From a virus (lineage: Duplodnaviria; Heunggongvirae; Uroviricota; Caudoviricetes): DNA of 12,061 bases. This document shows positions 7,290-12,061 of the stretch, piece by piece; position 1 is the first letter of the stretch; each line of letters begins with the position of its first letter. The stretch spans positions 78,463-90,523 of IMG/VR virus record IMGVR_UViG_3300010412_000010. One strand, given 5' to 3'. The translations under genes and the position numbers were made by a program. The notes under the pieces are model-generated. The model made no database searches, was not told the DNA's origin, and was given only the letters and a program-made list of their open reading frames with translations.

Positions 7290-7847
7290 ATGAAAGTTGC
7301 AGGAATTGATTACAGCATAAATGGCCCTTCTATTACTATTGTCGATACAGACCTTCCGTTTTGTTTTGAAAACACCAAAACCTTTTTCCTGACCAAAACC
7401 AAAAAACACGCCGATGTTTTGTTTGGTGGAAAAATTGTTGGTGGGTTGTTGTCCGACTATTCCACACAAGAAGAAAGGTTTTTCAATAATGCCAAATGGC
7501 TGGTTGACCTTTGTGTGGAACATTCCGTGGAACACTGCCTGATTGAAGACTACGCCATGGCCGCTAAGGGCAGGGTATTCCACATTGGAGAAAACTGTGG
7601 AGCCATGAAAGGCCGTCTGTGGGCTTTTGGCATACCATTTGATGTGGTTGCCCCCCAGATACCCAAAAAGGCCGCTACGGGCAAGGGAAACGCGGATAAG
7701 GCACTTATGCACGATGCTTTCATGGCAGAAACCGGAATTGACCTGAAAAATACCATGACGCCAGATAAAAAGGCTGTTGACAGCCCAGTTGCGGATATTG
7801 TAGACTCTTATTTTATAGCCAAATTGTGCCACGAAAAATTTTCTTAA
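7290..7847 (+). CDS. ruvC: RuvC-like Holliday junction resolvase (RNase H fold)
   Basis: N-terminal AGIDYS (catalytic D), IEDY (catalytic E), PxxxKKxxTGKGNADK and DIVDSY (final acidic pair). Confidence 0.85.
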   Translation: MKVAGIDYSINGPSITIVDTDLPFCFENTKTFFLTKTKKHADVLFGGKIVGGLLSDYSTQEERFFNNAKWLVDLCVEHSVEHCLIEDYAMAAKGRVFHIGENCGAMKGRLWAFGIPFDVVAPQIPKKAATGKGNADKALMHDAFMAETGIDLKNTMTPDKKAVDSPVADIVDSYFIAKLCHEKFS

Positions 7848-7851
7848 AAAG

Positions 7852-7880
7852 TTGTTTTTTCGAAAAAACCGTGTTATAGT
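7852..7880 (+). promoter_or_regulatory. Sigma70-type (early) promoter TTGTTT-N17-TATAGT with an extended -10 TG and an upstream A-tract
   Basis: -35 at 7852-7857, TG at 7872-7873, -10 at 7875-7880, then GAGGA RBS (7901-7905) and ATG 7913. Confidence 0.75.
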
Positions 7881-7912
7881 ATGCATACATTGAATGAAAA
7901 GAGGATTTTGCC

Positions 7913-8245
7913 ATGACCACACCAGCCTTTGAAACCGCCCTGAGTTCGTTTGTTGTGTTGGCCAATGCCCGCCTGAATGAGTATTTCGAGCGCCATTTTC
8001 CGAACATTCCTCGCGAAGTAATCAGCGTTGCCGCTGGCGGTCGTAAATACGCCAAATTGGTTGCCCGCCGCGATGATGCCGGTAAAGGTGGCTGTGTTTA
8101 TGCCTTCGTTGACAAGAAAACCGGCGAAATTTTCAAACCAGCCAGTTGGGCTGCCCCCGCTGCCCATGCGCGCGGAAATGTTTTTTCTGAATACAATGGT
8201 GAAGAAGCATTGAGCGATAACGGCTCTCACATTCGGTATCTGTAA
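7913..8245 (+). CDS. Conserved small phage protein (GRKYAKLV...VYAFVDKKTGEIFKPASW.APA.HARGN; from memory DUF7717-like)
   Basis: Highly recognisable motif from T4-like and cyanophage hypotheticals. Strong RBS and promoter. Confidence 0.85.
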   Translation: MTTPAFETALSSFVVLANARLNEYFERHFPNIPREVISVAAGGRKYAKLVARRDDAGKGGCVYAFVDKKTGEIFKPASWAAPAAHARGNVFSEYNGEEALSDNGSHIRYL

Positions 8246-8255
8246 GGAGATTGGA

Positions 8256-8480
8256 ATGAGTAAATCAAAAGATGTGGTTGGCGATGTCTTTTTTGCAATG
8301 ATAGTGTTTCTTAGTGGCGGTTTCATTTTGCTGCTTTTGAACAGTTATGTTGAATTCAAAGAACGCCAAAAAATTGATGTGCCAGCGTATTCGATTTTCA
8401 AGCAGGCAAAGGAAGACTGCGAAAAAACCATTCCGCGAAACCAAACCTGCTCTTTTGAGTACCGATATGTTCCAAAATGA
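8256..8480 (+). CDS. Small single-pass membrane protein with a C-terminal CEKxxPRNQxC motif
   Basis: AAGGAG RBS at 8244-8249, a hydrophobic segment at residues ~10-29 and a Cys pair seen in proteobacterial phage hypotheticals. Confidence 0.75.
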   Translation: MSKSKDVVGDVFFAMIVFLSGGFILLLLNSYVEFKERQKIDVPAYSIFKQAKEDCEKTIPRNQTCSFEYRYVPK

Positions 8481-8701
8481 AAACAATCACGCCGGAACTA
8501 TTGAAGAAACATGCGTATGATGTTGACGAATCTACTGGATTGATATTCGTCAATGCGTATCAGTTGTGTTGTTGTCTGTTGGAGAAAGGAGAGCCGATTC
8601 CAGACACATCGTTTGAGCTTGAGCAAATGATTGGGATTGCATTGAAGAAAAGTAGTGATGTCATTTTCAATTCAACCCTGTTATACTTTTTGCACCTATA
8701 G
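8477..8701 (+). CDS. Hypothetical protein (74 aa to the TAG, or 94 codons if the TAG is read through to TGA-TAA at 8759-8764)
   Basis: ATGA overlap with the upstream gene. This is the only TAG stop among the genes I call, and the frame stays open for 19 more codons. Confidence 0.6.
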   Translation: MKTITPELLKKHAYDVDESTGLIFVNAYQLCCCLLEKGEPIPDTSFELEQMIGIALKKSSDVIFNSTLLYFLHL

Positions 8702-8849
8702 ACAAATTCTCACTGTGGCGAGCATATCGCGATTCTAGGAATCAAAAACGCCCAGTGGTGATAACACACAGGATTATGGATTAACATGTCATTTATGATA
8801 TATCATTCGACGAGTGCTATTCGATTCTCAGAAAAGTATTTGTCAGAAC

Positions 8850-9626
8850 ATGGACATTGACAACATGAGCAAACGCCCGCCATTTGATTTAGACTCGGCT
8901 CGGAATGCGTCTATTAACAACAATGTTCGTTTTACTGCATTGTACAACCATGTCATTTCAAATTTTCCACACCCAGACAATAAACTCAAACCAGTGAAAT
9001 TTTCTAGTGTCACCGATGTGTCCAGAATACAAGCAACAAAACGATTTGTTAGGTCTTCTCTTAACAAAGACAGTGATGTTGTTGTTTATGAACAAACCCA
9101 CAATATTGGGGTGAGTAACGCCGATGTACATTCGTGGGATTTTTATTTTGCGAATGGGGTTGGTGTTGATGTACAACGAGTACACAATGAGAACAGTAAA
9201 TTCAATATTTTGTTTGGTCGGTTGTACTCAAAAGACAACAATCGTGTGCCATGCGACAGGATAATCCGAGAAGCCGGAATGTTTGGGATAATATGCCCAG
9301 AAGACAAATATGTCGATGATATTGGTAATAGTTGTGTTTTTGGTTTTGATTGTGCTGACTTGAGACCACAATTAAAACCACACCACAACAGGAAAAATTT
9401 TTTCTTGCATGAAGTCGAGTTTATGACAGCCATTACCGAGATAATAACCAAATCAAATGCTGCGTCGGATATCAACGAAAAATTTATGTTTAAGCATCGA
9501 ATTGGCAGTGGTGGTGGAGATTTTACCGACAATTTCATGCTCGGATACACCGGAGTGTCGCTTGATGAGTGTAATATTATTCTACGGCTAACAAAAACAA
9601 TGAGTTGGTTGCCAGGATGGTGTTGA
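8850..9626 (+). CDS. Hypothetical protein, possibly of PD-(D/E)xK nuclease fold
   Basis: Long ORF (track start 8814; ATG options at 8850 and 8865). The WDFYFANGVGVDVQ segment resembles a D...D-x-K/Q core. No family firmly recognised. Confidence 0.65.
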   Translation: MDIDNMSKRPPFDLDSARNASINNNVRFTALYNHVISNFPHPDNKLKPVKFSSVTDVSRIQATKRFVRSSLNKDSDVVVYEQTHNIGVSNADVHSWDFYFANGVGVDVQRVHNENSKFNILFGRLYSKDNNRVPCDRIIREAGMFGIICPEDKYVDDIGNSCVFGFDCADLRPQLKPHHNRKNFFLHEVEFMTAITEIITKSNAASDINEKFMFKHRIGSGGGDFTDNFMLGYTGVSLDECNIILRLTKTMSWLPGWC

Positions 9627-9648
9627 TTTTTCCAAAATACCCATTGGA

Positions 9649-9656
9649 TATAAATA
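9649..9656 (+). promoter_or_regulatory. T4 consensus late promoter TATAAATA
   Basis: Exact consensus in the intergenic gap, 28 nt before ATG 9685, which has GGAG at 9675-9678. Confidence 0.85.
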
Positions 9657-9684
9657 CTGGTATGGACGAATGTTGGAGTTATTC

Positions 9685-10365
9685 ATGTCAAACAAAATCA
9701 AACCAGCGTTGTATGCTCTTTGGGCTATCGTATACAAATTGTCAATTTTTCCTTTGGAAGCAATCGCTTGGATTGTTGGCGTGTTTCTTACCGGCGTCCT
9801 GATTGCGCTTGACAAAACAGAAATCGTCGATAACCCAGAAGAAGAAGCAACCCATCCAGAAGGTTGGAAGCTGGAAATTTTTCCACAAAAATGGATGACC
9901 CTGTATAACAATTACGACAATGGTATGCAGGGCGATTCTCGTTGGTGGAGAAGCCTAGCGGAACAAGGCAAGAGTCCACTGTCAAAGTGGCAGAAATTTG
10001 TATGGACAAATTTTCGCAATCCAGCAAATGGTTTCCGTTGGATTGACCCAATCTTTAGTTATTATGCACAGAATGTAGGCTTGCCAGAATATGTTGGCGA
10101 TTACTACATTTCAGACAAATATGGAATCGAAGGTTTCCGTATTATCTGGGTTAAGACAAAATCTTTCCCATACTTGTATTCCGGAATTTATTATGTTAAG
10201 GTGTACAACAGGAATGCAAAGGTAGGGTCTTTCTGGTATGGTAGATACTTTGTTGCCAGAATTGGATTCAAAACATCGCCAGACCATACACCAGAAAACA
10301 GAACCAGCCCCGTTGGTTCCGTGTTTAGAATCTGGCCATTTGACAAACACGACGGTGCCGAATAA
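9685..10365 (+). CDS. Trp-rich phage membrane protein (N-terminal hydrophobic segment; ...DN...GD..WW...W...RNPANGF...GFK; from memory DUF7338-like)
   Basis: 226-aa ORF with an RBS and a late promoter. The motif is recognised from phage hypotheticals. Confidence 0.75.
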   Translation: MSNKIKPALYALWAIVYKLSIFPLEAIAWIVGVFLTGVLIALDKTEIVDNPEEEATHPEGWKLEIFPQKWMTLYNNYDNGMQGDSRWWRSLAEQGKSPLSKWQKFVWTNFRNPANGFRWIDPIFSYYAQNVGLPEYVGDYYISDKYGIEGFRIIWVKTKSFPYLYSGIYYVKVYNRNAKVGSFWYGRYFVARIGFKTSPDHTPENRTSPVGSVFRIWPFDKHDGAE

Positions 10366-10366
10366 C

Positions 10367-10522
10367 ATGTCATCTAAACCAAAACAGAAAGGCGTTATCG
10401 CCAGACGAAATTTGGCTGCTATGTCAGATATCATGCGTAAAGGTGGAGCGCACAGGATTTCCAATAAGGCAATTCGTGCAAAGGAAAAGCGCAAGTGGAA
10501 AGAAGATAATGGACTCGCATAA
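10367..10522 (+). CDS. Small basic peptide (51 aa, RKGGAH...K..R.K.K motif)
   Basis: ATG 1 nt after the upstream TAA, and it overlaps the next gene. Lys/Arg-rich. Confidence 0.55.
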   Translation: MSSKPKQKGVIARRNLAAMSDIMRKGGAHRISNKAIRAKEKRKWKEDNGLA

Positions 10523-10862
10523 CGACGACGATTTTGAAAAAATTTTTGAGGATTACATTATGGAAACGAAAGACATTGACGCAAAAAAACTAATTGCCGA
10601 TATCGGGATTGCCAAGGCCGGTCAATATTTGGCAGACGCAATCAAGAAACATGTTGTGCGAATCGAGTTTACGAAAAAAGATGGTACCAATCGGGTTCTT
10701 GTTGGTACCACAAAACCAAACCACATTCCAAAAGACAAGAAGCCAACCGGTGATGACACCAGAAAAAAATCAACCGAAGTGGTCGTTGTTTTTGATTTGG
10801 ATAAGTCTGAGTGGAGAAGTTTTCGTATCGACAGCCTAACAAAATTCAGGATTGTTTCTTAA
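10509..10862 (+). CDS. WYL_2 / Sm-like SH3 beta-barrel protein (DUF2693-type), common in T4-like phages
   Basis: Motif V.IEFTKKDGT.R...GT....IP...V.VFDL....WRSFR. The start is ATG 10509 (or 10560). Confidence 0.85.
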   Translation: MDSHNDDDFEKIFEDYIMETKDIDAKKLIADIGIAKAGQYLADAIKKHVVRIEFTKKDGTNRVLVGTTKPNHIPKDKKPTGDDTRKKSTEVVVVFDLDKSEWRSFRIDSLTKFRIVS

Positions 10863-10884
10863 CTCTTCATGGCGAGGATTAACC

Positions 10885-11367
10885 ATGCCAAGAAAAACAA
10901 AACAAGATGATGGGGTGGTTATTAACTTTCCGAGTGAAGAAGAACGGGTTGCCATTAAAACCCAGAAAATCGAATCCGAATCAACCGACGGATACGAAGA
11001 AGAATATGACCCATATGTCGACCCGCTACTGAAAGAAATTCAAGTAACCGTATTGGAGTTACTTGATGATGCTGGTGTTGATATTTCCACACAATCCATG
11101 GCCAAGGCATTTGCTATGATGACCTTTGCGCTAAAAGCTGGATTGATGGAAGAGCAGGGCAAAGAATATTTTTTCCAGTATTTCACTGATGATTTTTTCG
11201 AAGAAGTGGATTGTGTCATCGAAGAAGTTGACCCGGACGATTTTATTGACTCTCCTGTATCAACGACTTTTGTTATGACGGATGAATACTATGATGGCGA
11301 CGAAATTGAAATTCTTGGTGATGTATTGTATTTCCAGTTGCCAAGTAAAGAGGATGTGTCTGAATAA
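10885..11367 (+). CDS. Highly acidic hypothetical protein (160 aa)
   Basis: GAGGA RBS at 10874-10878. By hand count about 42 D/E versus 11 K/R. Confidence 0.8.
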   Translation: MPRKTKQDDGVVINFPSEEERVAIKTQKIESESTDGYEEEYDPYVDPLLKEIQVTVLELLDDAGVDISTQSMAKAFAMMTFALKAGLMEEQGKEYFFQYFTDDFFEEVDCVIEEVDPDDFIDSPVSTTFVMTDEYYDGDEIEILGDVLYFQLPSKEDVSE

Positions 11368-11387
11368 TTTCTTAATGGAGAATTGAC

Positions 11388-11606
11388 ATGAGTTGTACTA
11401 ATGGCATTGTTTGTTTTGAAGAAGGTATTGTTGCCAGAATTGGAAACCAACCAAAAAGCGATAATCCATATGCTCGCGGAACACCAAGTTACAATAACTG
11501 GAACGACGGTTGGGCAACACAAGATTTTGAATTGCGAGACCTTCCGGTTGACTTGTTGATTCAGGAACAAGACTCGTTTTATGGGGATACGAATGAAATC
11601 TACTAA
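11388..11606 (+). CDS. Rmf/CrpP-like small protein
   Basis: GGAG RBS at 11377-11380. The G..A...G/N.....NPY.......W..GW spacing matches ribosome modulation factor (G..AG..G.....CPY......W..GW). Confidence 0.65.
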   Translation: MSCTNGIVCFEEGIVARIGNQPKSDNPYARGTPSYNNWNDGWATQDFELRDLPVDLLIQEQDSFYGDTNEIY

Positions 11607-11650
11607 CGACCAATCGTAATTCTCCGTCGGACATTATATCCGTTGTCCGG

Positions 11651-12010
11651 ATGCATTCTGGTGATGTGTTCCCAAAAGAATTTGCGCGCGGTAAAGTCGA
11701 TGATGACTATGTTGATGACATTCCATTGTTTTGTGGATGTGATTTGATAATCGTCGAGGGCAGAACCGAGGTGTTTATTATTCCAATCGGAAGCGGAAAC
11801 GCTTGCTATATATACGACAACAATGAATTTCCCGTAATGTCACTTGCTGCTGGTACCAAAAGCAAAGACATCATGTTGTTGAAACAACCAAAACATGCTG
11901 TTGAGTTTACCAAACTGAGCACTACTTTTTTCTTGTTTAATTTATTTACCTTGCCACTGGAAACACTTCGTTTTATCAAGCGCCATTTATTCAAAAGAAA
12001 CTTTGAGTGA
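11651..12010 (+). CDS. Hypothetical protein (true start uncertain; frame open from 11597)
   Basis: 119-aa ORF filling the gap, with a hydrophobic C-terminal stretch and no RBS at ATG 11651. Confidence 0.55.
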   Translation: MHSGDVFPKEFARGKVDDDYVDDIPLFCGCDLIIVEGRTEVFIIPIGSGNACYIYDNNEFPVMSLAAGTKSKDIMLLKQPKHAVEFTKLSTTFFLFNLFTLPLETLRFIKRHLFKRNFE

Positions 12011-12019
12011 GAATTGTTT

Positions 12020-12061
12020 ATGCCGATGTATGAGTATCATTGTGATTCGTGTGATTCGTGT
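12020..12061 (+). CDS. 5' end of an FmdB-family zinc-ribbon protein (truncated by the window)
   Basis: MPMYEYHCDSCDSC matches the MPxYEYxCxxC signature. Only 14 codons are visible. Confidence 0.6.
   Translation, partial: MPMYEYHCDSCDSC

Noticed and set aside
7131-7922. 263-aa minus-strand ORF
   Set aside because: It is the antisense shadow of the well-supported RuvC-like gene, has no recognisable motif and crosses a + strand terminator and promoters.
10340-10368. TTGACA-N17-TAACAT promoter-like site
   Set aside because: It lies within coding sequence, has a weak -10 and would start transcription downstream of ATG 10367. It is possible but unsupported.
34-11994. All other minus-strand ORFs and alternative-frame + ORFs in the track (e.g. 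294-686, 1335-1847, 1804-2226, 6335-6766, 9143-9550)
   Set aside because: They overlap better-supported + strand genes that tile the window with RBSs and coupled stops, and their translations lack protein-like motifs.
1-12061. Genome-wide TAG recoding (code 15)
   Set aside because: Long conserved genes (primase, NrdJ, RuvC) translate intact with the standard code and contain no in-frame TAG. Only one local case was seen.
1-12061. tRNA, rRNA, CRISPR array, transposase or integrase
   Set aside because: No cloverleaf with T-loop/D-loop consensus, no spaced direct repeats and no recombinase motifs were seen. Intergenic gaps are short.

Overview
All credible genes are on the + strand and tightly packed, with many overlapping stop/start codons. 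The window is a segment of a large T4-like (T4-superfamily) myophage infecting a Gram-negative host. From left to right it holds: (1) a cluster of conserved T4-like hypothetical genes (1-3297), several with hallmarks of prohead-protease-processed internal head proteins, including a HEXXH zinc metallopeptidase that starts with a near-copy of the T4 capsid-targeting sequence; (2) an overlapping i-spanin/o-spanin pair (3303-4059); (3) gp61-type DNA primase; (4) a stand-alone B12-dependent class II ribonucleotide reductase (NrdJ) ending in a cUUCGg terminator; (5) a RuvC-like resolvase behind a late-promoter plus RBS-sequestering hairpin, the same regulatory design T4 uses for gene 49; (6) a sigma70-driven accessory cassette (7852-9626) containing a possible UAG-readthrough gene; (7) a TATAAATA late-promoter operon with a membrane protein, a basic peptide, a WYL_2/SH3-like protein, a very acidic protein, an Rmf/CrpP-like protein and the start of an FmdB-type zinc ribbon. 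All family calls come from motif recognition by eye; no searches were run.
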